Assembly: GCA_038087875.1 (NCBI GenBank)
Contig: JAXLNO010000504.1
Location: 46,273-66,272 of the forward strand
Origin: Malacoraja senta
Taxonomy: Eukaryota
Direction: 5' to 3'
DNA: 20,000 bases
Shown piece after piece: positions 10,505 to 19,770 of this stretch; position 1 is the first letter of the stretch; every line of letters starts with the position of its first letter. The translations under genes were made by a program, and so were the position numbers. The notes under the pieces are model-generated. The model did no database searches and had not been told where the DNA came from. It worked only from the letters and a program-made list of their open reading frames with translations.

Positions 10505-10900
10505 GACAATAGACAACAGACAATAGGTGCAGGAGTAGGCCATTCGGCCCCTCGAGCCAGCACCACCATTCAATGTGATCATGGCTGATCATTCACAATC
10601 AGTACCGCGTTCCTACCTTCTCCCCATATCCCTTGACTCCCGCTATCTTTAAGAGCTCTGTCTACCTCTCTCTTGAAAGCATCCAGAGAACCAACCTCCA
10701 CCGCCCTCTGAGGCAGAGAGTTCCACAGACTCTTAACTCTCTATGTGAAAAAGTATTTCCTCATCTCCGTTCTAAATGGCTTACTCCTTATTCTTAAAAT
10801 GTGACCGCTGGTTCTGGACTCCCGCAACATCGGAAACAAGTTTCCTGCCTCCAGGTTGTCCAAACCCCTAAGAATCCTATATGTTTCAATAAGATCCCCT
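10505..10900 (-). mobile_element. CR1 LINE 3' fragment with short tandem-repeat tail
   Basis: gacaatagacaacagacaataggtgcaggagtaggccattcggccc..., collinear with 18234-18630. Confidence 0.85.
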
Positions 10901-11705
10901 GCGCCAAGATTGACAACCCGTCAATCTCCGCCTTTCGAGCAACGTGTATATTATTACACAGGAAACGTTCCTTTATTTTGATGTTAGGTTCAATGGTCTA
11001 TAGTCCTCAGGAATTCATCTGCAGCGCTTCTTAAATAAAACCACAACTTGAGCCACTCTCCAGTAATTCGAAATTTCATCTGTGAAAAACAAAGATTCCA
11101 ATATCTCAACGATGGTTCCAGGAATTTCGTCTCTCGCTCCGCACTGTGCCCTTGGATAAGGTCCTTCTCCTGGCATACTAGTTTCTCTAATTCCCATTGA
11201 GTATTTGGGACCCAGTTTTTTAGCGTCAGCCATATAGCATCCATGGACGAACCATCAGTAATATCACCCCAGACTTCTCCTGTGTTGCTCGTCTTAATCA
11301 GTAAAGCAATTCCCCACATATTATACTCCCACCTCTATCTCACCTGCATCACTTTACCCTGGGAAACGAAGCTGCTAGTCCCATTCCCCCTTAGCAGGTT
11401 TACGCGGTGGATATAATGTCCAAGGTGCAAGTAGCCACACCCTGTTTATCCACCATACCTGTGAAGCCTCTTTCATTGAAATAAATAGTACAGTCCAACG
11501 ATTTTTTCTCGCTCCCTGCCGTGCTGCTGCCTCTACCGTCTACTGAACTTGGTGACATTGATTATGTATCCACCTCCTGCCTCCCACCAGTTTCCCTACT
11601 GCAATGGACCCAAATCCATGGCAGGGAATTCCACAAATTCACAATTCTCTGGGTGAAAACGTTTTTTCTCAGCTCAGTCTTAAATGGCCTCCCCTTTATT
11701 CTAAT

Positions 11706-11935
11706 GGACCTGTCCCACTTTTGCGTCATGTGCGCGTCACACAGATGGCGCGTGAAGATTTTGTACATACCAAGATCCTGGGATGCCGCTCGCGACCGTT
11801 CGTCACTGTTTTCGTCACCACGCACCATGCGCGCGTAATGCACACCATGCGCGCATCACGCGCGTGTCGTGTGTCGTGATGCATAAATGATGTCACGTAA
11901 ATTATGCGCAAATGACGCCCAAGTGGGACAGGTCC
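11706..11935. mobile_element. MITE (non-autonomous DNA transposon), probably PIF/Harbinger-like, 230 bp
   Basis: Perfect 15-bp TIRs GGACCTGTCCCACTT / AAGTGGGACAGGTCC, extending imperfectly to ~30 bp. Flanks are TAA(T) and TTA, the interior is CpG-rich, and it splits the CR1 motif tttattct..gactgtggcccc. Confidence 0.85.
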
Positions 11936-12510
11936 TTAGACTGTGGCCCCTGGTTCTGGACTCGCCCCAACATTGGGAACATTTTTCCTGCATCTAGCTT
12001 GTCCAGTCCTTTTATAATTTTATATATTTCTATAAGATTCCGCCTCATCCTTCTAAACTCCAGTGAATACAAGCCTAGTCTTTTCAATCTTTCCTCATAG
12101 GAGAGTCCCACCATCCAAGGGATCAATCTCGTGAACCTCCGCTGCACTGCCTCAATCACAAGGATGTCCTTCCTCAAATTAGGAGGCCAAAACTGTACAC
12201 AATACTCCAGATGTGGTCTCACCAGAGCCCTATAAAACTGCAGAAGAACCTCTTTACTCCTATACTGAAATCCTCTTGTTATGAAGGCCAATATTCCATT
12301 AGATTTCTTCACTGCCTGCTGTACCTGCACGCCAACTTTCAGTGACTGGTGTACAAGGACACCCAGATCACGCTGCTCCTCCCCCTGACCTAACCTAACC
12401 CCATTGAGATAATAATCTGTCCCCTTGTTTTTGCCGCCAAAGTACATAACCTCACTATTATAGTACATAAAGTACATAAAGTACATAACCTCTATATTAT
12501 ACTGCATCTG

Positions 12511-12750
12511 TGGTAGCTGTGTGGAATGAGCTTCCAGTGGAAGTGGTGGAGGCAGGTTCGATGTTATCCTTTAAAAATAGATTGGATGGTATATGGACGG
12601 GAAAGGAATGGAGGGTTATGGTCTGAGTGCAGGTAGATGGGACTAGGGAAGTATTTATTTTTAATTAAAAACAAAAAAATGTTCGGCACGGATTTGAAGG
12701 GCCGAGATGGCCTGTTTCCGTGCTGTTATGGTTATATGGTTATATGGTTA
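12511..12750 (+). mobile_element. CR1-type 3' tail fragment with (GGTTATAT)n end
   Basis: gtggaatgagcttccagtggaagtggtggaggcagg...aagggccgagatggcctgtttccgtgctgt then ggttatatggttatatggtta. It splits the host motif ctgcatct|ccacgcatctgcccactc. Confidence 0.85.
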
Positions 12751-12973
12751 TCTACCACGCATCTGCCCACTCAACCTGTCCAGGTCACCCTGCAACCTCC
12801 TAACATCCTCTTCACAGCTCACACGGCCACCCAGCTTGTGTCATCCGCAAACTTGTTCCTAATTCCCTCTTCCAAACCATTAATATATATGGTAAACAGT
12901 TGCGGCCCCAACACCGAGCCTTGCGGCACTCCACTCGCCACTGCCTACCATTCTGAAAATCACCCGTTCACTG

Positions 12974-13133
12974 TGAGGATGTGCAGGATTCACTGTGGTG
13001 GATGTTTATGATAAATGTATTTTGTGTGTTTCGTTGCTTTTCATTTGTATGACTGACTTGGCAAATGGAATTCCTCGTATGTTGCAAAATAAACTTGGCT
13101 AATAAAGTATGGTTATGATTATGATTATGATTA
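12974..13133 (+). mobile_element. 5'-truncated non-LTR retroposon 3' end with (TGATTA)n tail and 7-bp TSD
   Basis: TTCACTG at 12967-12973 and 13134-13140. Body similar to 15125-15278. AATAAA precedes the tandem tail. Confidence 0.8.
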
Positions 13134-13149
13134 TTCACTGCAATGTGGA

Positions 13150-13485
13150 AGCATGAGAGGGGATCTTATAGAAACATATAAAATTATTAAGGATTGGACA
13201 CGCTAGATGCAGGAAACGTGTCCCCTATGATGTGGGAGTCCAGAAAGGGGGATCACTGTTTAAGATTAAGGCGTAGGCCATTTGGAACTGAGATGAGAAA
13301 AAACGTTTTTACACAGAGAGTTGTGAATTTGTGGAATTCTCTGAGCGGAATCAAGGGGCATGGGGAGAAGGCAGGAACGGGGTACTGATTGTGGCTGATC
13401 AGCCCTGATCACATTGAATGGCGGTGCTGGCTCGATGGGCCGAATGGCCTCCTGCACCTATTTTCTATGTTTCTATGTTTCTATG
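13150..13485 (+). mobile_element. CR1 LINE 3' fragment with (TTTCTATG)n tail
   Basis: Encodes PFGTEMRKNVFTQRVVNLWNSL and is the reverse complement homolog of 18234-18630. Confidence 0.88.
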
Positions 13486-13489
13486 ATGC

Positions 13490-14383
13490 AAGGCGAAAAA
13501 ATGTTAAGAATTCTTCCCTTTGCTCTCCCGCGGTCGGGGGCCTCGAGCCCTCCGTTGACGGGACGATCTTGACTCCCGTAGCCGGCGGCGTTTTGGCCCT
13601 CCGGCATCGCGGCGATCGGCTCCTGCATGGGGGGGATGTCAGCTCCCCCCTTCTGAACCTTCTGAATCCTTCTGAAGTTGGTAGTCGGCAGGTAAGTACT
13701 CTGCATACGCCAACTTGGACAATTTTACTTTTTTTTTTATCAAGCCAATTAATCAAGCCAATTAACCGACAAACGTGTACGTCTTTGGGGTGTGGGAGGA
13801 AACCGAAGATCTCAGAGAAAACCCACGCAGATCACGGGGAGAACGTACAAACTTCATACAGACAGCACCCGTAGTCGGATCGAACCCGGGTCTCTGGCGC
13901 TGCATTTTGCTTAAGGCAGCAACCCTACCGCTGTGTCACCGTGACTGCCCCCACGCCGGGCGATCGGACCCCGGTTCGGGGCTCGTCGAGCCTCTGCGTT
14001 CGTTGGAGCTCCCGACATCAACGGCCTCTCCCGAGACTTCGAGCTCTTGATGGTAAGTCCGCAGGCCGTGGTTGGAGCGATCCCAGGCAAGGGATCAGCT
14101 CCGATGTTAAGTCCGCGCTCCGTGGTGGGGTTCACGACAGTCTGAGGAGGCATCCAGCTCCATCGTTAGTAGGCCGCAGACCAAATGGAGAATGCGATCC
14201 GAAATTTAATCGCATCTCCAGAAAGTTAAGAACCTGAAAAAAGGCTCCCCCGATCCCTCGCCCCTCCCCCCGTACAAGACAAACCGGAGAACATGAAACA
14301 AAATTGTATCACACACTCATTTTTTTTTTTTAAGATGAACAAACGGACAGACTACTGGTGGGGCTGCCAATCGTCCGGCACCC
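13490..14383 (-). mobile_element. CpG-rich putative non-autonomous retroposon (unnamed), 3' part missing, split by a SINE
   Basis: Minus-strand head ggtgccggacgattggcagccccaccagtagtctgtccgt resembles the head at ~14580, followed by a similar G-rich block. No coding homology recognised. Confidence 0.5.
13649..13950 (-). mobile_element. tRNA-derived V-SINE (HE1-like) with atypical 3' tail
   Basis: Minus strand: A-box-like gtgacacagcggtag, B-box ggttcgatcc, V-domain gtttgtacgttctccccgtgatctgcgtgggttttctc...ggtttcctcccaca. A 13-bp tandem duplication lies at 13740-13765. It ends in three TTCAGAAGG units. Confidence 0.85.
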
Positions 14384-14570
14384 AGTCGCTCCATTCATTC
14401 ATATGACAGTCCCGCCATCCCGGGAATGAACCTCGTGAACCTACGCTGCACTCCCTCAATAGCAAGAATATTCTTCCTCAAATTAGGAGACCAAAACTGC
14501 ACACAATACTCCAGATGCTATCTCACCAAGGCCCTGCACAACTGCAGAAGGACCTCTTTGCTCCAATACT

Positions 14571-15278
14571 GTCGACGGGTGGCGCCGCGAGCCGGCAGCC
14601 TCGCCAACAGCTGATCGTCGTTACACTTTTTTTTTTTTTTAATATATCTAAAAGTGTGTTTTAGTGTGGGGGGGGGTGGGGACGGGAATTGGGGGAAACT
14701 ATTTTTAGTCACTTACCTCGGTGGAATGCAACTTTTCTCCTAGTTGTATTTCGCTCTCCCTCGCGGTCTAACAGCTTGGATTGTTGCGGCATTTCCCGGA
14801 GTCGGGACCAGAGCTTCAGCAGCGGGCGCAGCGCGGACTTTCCATCGCGGAACCGGGAGATCCCTTGCGGGGGTCGCCAGAAGAAGTGCTCCGACCGCCG
14901 GCCTGCGGCCTATAACATCGTGAAGCTCCGGTCTTCGGTCCGAAGCGGACGATTCGGGACCTCCAAGCCGCGGAGTGTCCATCCGTCCCGACGTCGGAGT
15001 TTCGAGCATCCTACGAGAGGGCCTGTACATCGGCCCGTCCGTAGCGGCGACTGCGGAGGGTTCATGGCCTCGACCACGAATGAACAAAGGAGGAGGACTA
15101 ATAAAGTTATTGCCTTCCACCACAGTGAAGAATGTTGATTCCACGGTGGTGGATGTTCGTGCTATATTCTAATGTTTATTGTGCTCTTTTGTTTGTATGG
15201 CTGCATGGCAAATCCAATTCCATTGTACCTTAATTGGTGCATGTGGCAATAAATGTGAAGATGAACTTGAACTTGAAC
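14571..15278 (+). mobile_element. CpG-rich non-autonomous retroposon (unnamed), ~708 bp, (TTGAAC)n tail, 4-bp TSD
   Basis: TACT at 14567-14570 and 15279-15282 splits the CR1 motif ctcc-atact-caactcc. The 3' end has a stem-loop tgtacc-ttaatt-ggtgca, AATAAA and a tandem tail. Confidence 0.75.
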
Positions 15279-16055
15279 TACTCAACTCCTCTCGTTATGA
15301 TGGCCAACACGCCATTAGCATTCTCCACTGCCTGTTGTACCTGCTTGCTTACTTTTAGTAACTGATGAACAAGGACACCCAGGTCTCGTTGTACTTCCCC
15401 TTTTCCTAACCTGACATCATTTAGATAATAATCTGTCTTCCCGTTCTTGCCACCAAAGTGGATAATCTCACACTTATCCACATTATACTGCATCTGCCAT
15501 GCATTTGCCCACTCACCCACCCCGTCCAAACCACCTGCATCCTCATAGCATCCTCTTCACAGTTCACACTTCCACCCAGCTTTGTGTCATCTGCACATTT
15601 GCTAATGTTACCTTTAGTTCCTTCATCTAAATCATGAATGGATATTGTAAATAGCTGCGGTCCCAGCACCGAGCCATGCGGCATCCCACTAGTCACTGCC
15701 TGTCATTCTGAAAGGGATCCGTTAATCCATACTCTTTGTTTCCTGTCTGCCAGTCAATGTTCTATCATGTCAATACCCTACCCCCAATACCATGTGCTCT
15801 AATTTTGCCCACTAATCTCCTGTGTCGGACCTTATAAATGTTTTCTGTAAGTCCAGGTACACTACATCCACTGGCTCTCCCTTGTCCATTTTACTTGTTA
15901 CATCCTCAAAAAATTCCATAAGATTTGTCAAGCATCATTTCCCCTTCGTAAATCCATGCTGACTTGGACCGATTCTGTAACTGCTATTCAAATTCGTCGC
16001 TATTACATCTTTGAAATCGACTCCAGCATCTTTCCCACCACTGATGTCAGGCTAA

Positions 16056-16973
16056 CACGGGGGTTCCCCTCTACTACCATAGACGAGGCTCTCGCCAGGG
16101 TTTCTTCGATACCCGTGACACTGCTCTCTCTCCCCATCCCCCCCACTCGTAACAAGGGCAGTCCCCTAGTCCTCACTTTCGACCCTACCAGCCGTCACGT
16201 ACAACAAATAAGCCTCCGTCATTTTAGCCACCTCCAACGTGACCCCACCACTTGCCACATCTACCCATCTCCTCCCCTGTCCGCTTTGCGCAGAGACCGC
16301 TCCCTCCGTAACTCCCTGGTCAATTAGTCCCTTCCCACCTGAACCACCCTCGCTCCGGGCACTTTCCCTTGCAACCGCAGGAAATGCTGCACTTGTCGCT
16401 TTACCTCCCCCCTTGACTCCATTCAAGGACCCAAGCAGTCTTTCCAGGTGCGACAGAGGTTCACCTGCACCTCCTCCCAACCTCATCTATTGCATCCGCT
16501 GCTCTAGGTGTCAGCTGATCTACATCGGTGAGACCAAGCGTAGGCTTGGCGATCGTTTCGCCGAACACCACCGTTCGGTCCGCAATAACCAACCTGATCT
16601 CCCGGTGGCTCAGCACTTCAACTCCCCCTGCCATTCCGAATCCGATCTTTCTTTCTTGGGCCTCCTCCATGGTCAGAGTGAGGACCACCGGAAATTGGAG
16701 GAGCAGCACCTCATATTTCGCTTTGGCAGTTTGTACCCCAGCGCTATGAACATTGACTTCTCTAGTTTCAGGTAGTCCTTACTGTCTCCTCCCCTTCTCA
16801 ACTCTGCCTCTAGCCCTCTGGCTCCTCCTCTTCCTTTCTTCTTCGCGCCCCCCCCCCCCCACCCCACCCTCACATCAGTCTGAAGAAGGGTTTCGGCCCG
16901 AAACGTTGGCTATTTCCTTCGCTCCATAGATGCTGCCTCACCCGCTGAGTTTCTCTAGCATTTTTATGTACCT
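16056..16973 (+). mobile_element. Penelope-like element, 5'-truncated, with GIY-YIG endonuclease
   Basis: NLIYCIRCSRCQLIYIGETKRRLGDRFAEH...PVAQHFNSP...RKLEEQHLIFRFGSLYPSAMNIDF, stop at 16775. It splits CR1 gtcaggctaa|ctggtctataattcc with no clear TSD. Confidence 0.92.
16880..16907 (+). ncRNA. Minimal hammerhead-ribozyme-like core in the Penelope 3' terminal region
   Basis: CTGAAGA-A-GGGT-TTCG-GCCC-GAAAC-GTT: conserved CUGANGA and GAAA boxes, a 4-bp stem II with UUCG loop, and a palindromic AACGTT stem III. Stem I is weak. Confidence 0.6.
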
Positions 16974-17122
16974 CTGGTCTATAATTCCCTGCTTTCCCTA
17001 TCCCTCCTTTCTTGAAAACTGGGATAACATTAGCTACCCTCCAATCCACAGGAACTGATCCAGAATCTAAAGAACGTTGGAAAATGATCACCAATGCGTC
17101 CACGATTTCTAGAGCCACCTCC

Positions 17123-17820
17123 CTATTCCTACCCTCATTAGCACGTGGCAGCAAGAGGAATCCGGAGAATGCTACCCTCGAGCTCCTGCTTTATAACATT
17201 TACTTAACTCATAAATTCATAACTTCATATGATGTGAGCAGAATTAGGCCATTTGTCCTATCAAGTCTATGTCATTCAACGATGGATGATCTATCTCTCC
17301 CTCTCAATCCCATTCTCCTGCCTTCTCCCTGCAACCACTGTCTCGCGGACTAATCAAGAAACTATCAATCTCTACCTTAAAAATATCAATAGACGTCCTC
17401 CACAGACATCCGTGGCAATGAATTCCACAGATTCACCACTCTCTGACTAAAGAAAACCCTCTGCATCTCCTTCCTAAATGGACGTCCTTTTATTCTGAGG
17501 CTATGGCCTCTGGTCCTAGACTCTCTCATTAGTGGAAACATAATCTCCACATTAACTCCATCTACTCTTTCGGTTGACTCTGCGGCACCTCATCCCTTTC
17601 CAATTTATGTTAGTACCATGAACACAGCGACTTCTGACTGCTCACTCCCCCTTCAAATTGTTCTGTACCCAGACAAAGTTATCCAGTACCCTAGTACCGG
17701 GGATGCAACTCACCATCCAAGAGTTCCGTTTGCGGCCACTGACATTTCTGTCTGTTCCCCGAACTAACGAGTCTCTTGCCCATATAGCATTGTCTCCCCA
17801 CCCCTTCCCTGCTCTTCCCA
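17123..17820 (-). mobile_element. Old CR1 LINE ORF1 (SGNH/GDSL esterase-like) remnant (segment 3)
   Basis: ORF 17642..17872 AIWARDSLVRGTDRNVSGRKRNSWMVSCIPGTRV resembles the CR1 ORF1p esterase block (GDSxVRG...CxPGAR). Confidence 0.7.
17211..17551 (-). mobile_element. CR1 3' tail fragment with 7-bp TSD
   Basis: TTAACTC at 17204-17210 and 17552-17558. Body (gcagaattaggccatt...gtggcaatgaattccacagattcaccactctc) is homologous to the other CR1 tails. Confidence 0.85.
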
Positions 17821-17834
17821 GTGCAGGCCTGATC

Positions 17835-17958
17835 AACAGCAAAGTGCTGGAGGAACTCGGCGAGATTTGCAACGTCTGTGGAGGAAACGAGCAAACAACG
17901 TTTTGGGTCGGGGCCCTTCTTCAGTCTGAAAAAGGGTCCCGACCCGAAACATCGTCAC
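17835..17958. repeat. Fold-back (inverted) Penelope terminal-repeat fragment
   Basis: Arms 17900-17924 and 17926-17950 are reverse complements at 22/25 and homologous to 9436-9520 and 16880-16965. Confidence 0.8.
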
Positions 17959-18099
17959 CCGACCCACAGCCCGCGGAGGGTGGCCGTGGAGAGTGGGGGC
18001 TGTCCCGAGCGATGCGCACCTTCGGCCACTTTGAACTTGGTGCTTGGGTTCAGATTGCCCAGTCACCTATGGCTTGTGTGGGAAAATGAACCCCACGCT

Positions 18100-18230
18100 C
18101 CGTCTCCCCCTTCTCTCTCCCCTCTTCTCTCTCTCGCCTTCTCTCTCTCCCTTCTCTCTCTTCCTATCTCTCCCCTCTTCTCTCTCCTCCTCTCGCTCCC
18201 CTCTTCTCTTTCTCCTCCTCTCTCTCCACT
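18100..18230. repeat. CT-rich low-complexity tract (left half)
   Basis: Almost pure pyrimidine sequence. It resumes at 19308 after the CR1 insertion. Confidence 0.9.
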
Positions 18231-18233
18231 CTT

Positions 18234-19301
18234 AGAAACATAGAAACATAGAAAATAGGTGCAGGAGTAGGCCGTTCGCCCTTCGAGCCTGCACCGCCAT
18301 TCAATATGATCATGGCTGATCATCCAACTCAGTATCCTCTACCTGCCTTCTCTCCATACCCTCTGATCCCTTTAGCCACAAGGGCCACATCTAATTCCTC
18401 TTAAATATAGCCAATGAACTGGCCTCAACTACCTTCTGTGGCAGAGAATTTCACAGATTCACCATTCTCTGTGTGAAAAATGTTTTTCTCATCTCGGTCC
18501 TAAAAGACTTCCCCCTTATCCTTAAACTGTGACCCCTTGTTCTGGATTGCCCCAACATCGGGAACCATCTTCCTGCATCTAGCCTGTCCAACCCTTAAGA
18601 ATTTTGTAAGTTTCTATTAGATCCCCCCTCAATCTTCTAAATTCTAGCGAGTCCAAGCTGAGAGCTGAGTCTATCCAGTCTATCTTCATATGAAAGTCCT
18701 GCGATCCCAGGAATCAGTCTGGTGAACATTCTCTGTACTCGCTCTATGGCAAGAATGTCTTTCCACAGATTAGAATACCAAAACTGTACGCAATACTCCA
18801 GGTGTGGTCTCACCAAGACCCTGTACAACTGCAGTAGAACCTCCCTGCTCTTATACTCAAACTCTTTTGCTATGAATGCTAACATACCATTCGCTTTCTT
18901 CACTGCCTGCTGCACCTGCATGCCTACTTTCAATGACTGGTGTACTATGACACCCAGGTCTCATTGCATCTCCCCTTTTCCTAATCGGCCACCATTCAGA
19001 TAAAAGTCTACTTTCCTGTTTTTGCCACCAAAGTGGATAACCTCACATTTATCCACATTACACTGCATCTGCCATGCATTTGCCCACTCACCCAACCTAT
19101 CCACCTTGCAGCCTCCTAGCATCCTCCTCACAACTAACACTGCCCCCCAGCTTCGTGTCATCCGCAAACTTGGAGATGCTGCATTCAATTCCCTCATCCA
19201 GTTAATTAATATATTTTGTAAATAGCTGGGGTCCCAGCACTGAGCCTTGCGGTACCCCACTAGTCACTTCCTGCCATTCTGAAAAGGACCCGTTTACTCC
19301 T
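18234..19301 (-). mobile_element. Relatively young 5'-truncated CR1 LINE with 8-bp tandem tail, inserted in a CT tract
   Basis: agaaacatagaaacatagaaaataggtgcagg tail; [17 protein letters not shown]-coding stretch at ~19155-19170, LVRPHLEYCVQFW. ACTCTT flanks both sides (18228-18233 and 19302-19307), a possible TSD or microhomology. Confidence 0.92.
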
Positions 19302-19307
19302 ACTCTT

Positions 19308-19450
19308 CTCTCTCTCCTCCTCTCTCTTCCCCTCCTCTCCCCCCTTCTCTCACCCTCCCTTCTCTCTCTCCCCCTTCTCTCTCTCTCCTTTCTCCCCCCC
19401 TCACCTTCTCTCTCTCCCCTTCTCTCCCCCTTTTCTCTCTCCTCCGTCTC
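19308..19450. repeat. CT-rich low-complexity tract (right half)
   Basis: Pyrimidine-only run read directly. Confidence 0.9.
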
Positions 19451-19652
19451 CATCCGCGGGAGCGTCCCTCAGTCACTGACCGCTATGCACCGCCATCGGA
19501 AACCAACCTCCACACCAGGGTGATTCACCCCCCTCCGACCCCCGGACCCCGACACCCACACCGGGTGATTCACCCCGGCCGCGGGGACAGATGTTTTATT
19601 TATTACCGTCTCGCTGCTTGCGGAACGCACCCAAGCTCCCACGCACAAAACC

Positions 19653-19770
19653 GGCAGCATCTCTGGAGAGAAGGAATGGGTGACGTTTCGCGCCGAGACC
19701 ATTAATCAGAGTGCATCTGAAAGGTCTCGACCCGAAACGCCACCCATTCCTTCTCTCCAGAGATGCTGCC
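19653..19770. repeat. 48-bp-arm inverted repeat built from Penelope terminal sequence
   Basis: 19653-19700 and 19723-19770 are reverse complements at 45/48, with inner TCAGA/TCTGA pairing. The right arm matches 9445-9492. Confidence 0.88.

Larger units (their letters stand above)
9527..11610 (-). mobile_element. Old, diverged, internally deleted CR1 LINE ORF2 remnants (segment 2), interrupted by younger CR1 tails
   Basis: Degraded similarity to the CR1 copies at 12100-12350 and 15500-15960 (gaccagaactgaac..tactcc; caaatgccttgccgaagtccatatagatcacgtctactgc). Endonuclease-like GIALLIK...IWLTLKN in ORF 10990..11319. Confidence 0.65.
11615..12973 (-). mobile_element. CR1 LINE RT/C-terminal fragment, interrupted by a MITE and an oppositely oriented CR1 tail
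   Basis: ORF 11902..12507: RDLGVLVHQSLKV...LVRPHLEYCVQFW...EAVQRRFTRLIP...RLKRLGLYSLEFRR. The [16 protein letters not shown] and FADD-coding stretches lie at ~12840-12935. Local agtacataa duplications at 12440-12490. Confidence 0.9.
14392..17122 (-). mobile_element. CR1 LINE ORF2 (RT) fragment interrupted by two younger insertions
   Basis: WRVANVIPVFKKG...GNYRP (ORF 16870..17154), [11 protein letters not shown]...[11 protein letters not shown] (15421..15696) and RDLGVLVHQ (15278..15529), with several frameshifts. Confidence 0.9.

Noticed and set aside
13870..13950. tRNA gene
   Set aside because: A/B boxes are present but lead straight into a V-domain, so this is a SINE head.
18015..18070. 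Possible small minus-strand exon (LGNLNPSTKFKVAE followed by a GT donor)
   Set aside because: An in-frame TGA lies directly upstream, the donor is weak and I recognise no homology.
17878..19453. Ser/Leu/Pro-rich and Arg/Glu/Gly-rich ORFs
   Set aside because: They are translations of CT/GA low-complexity tracts.
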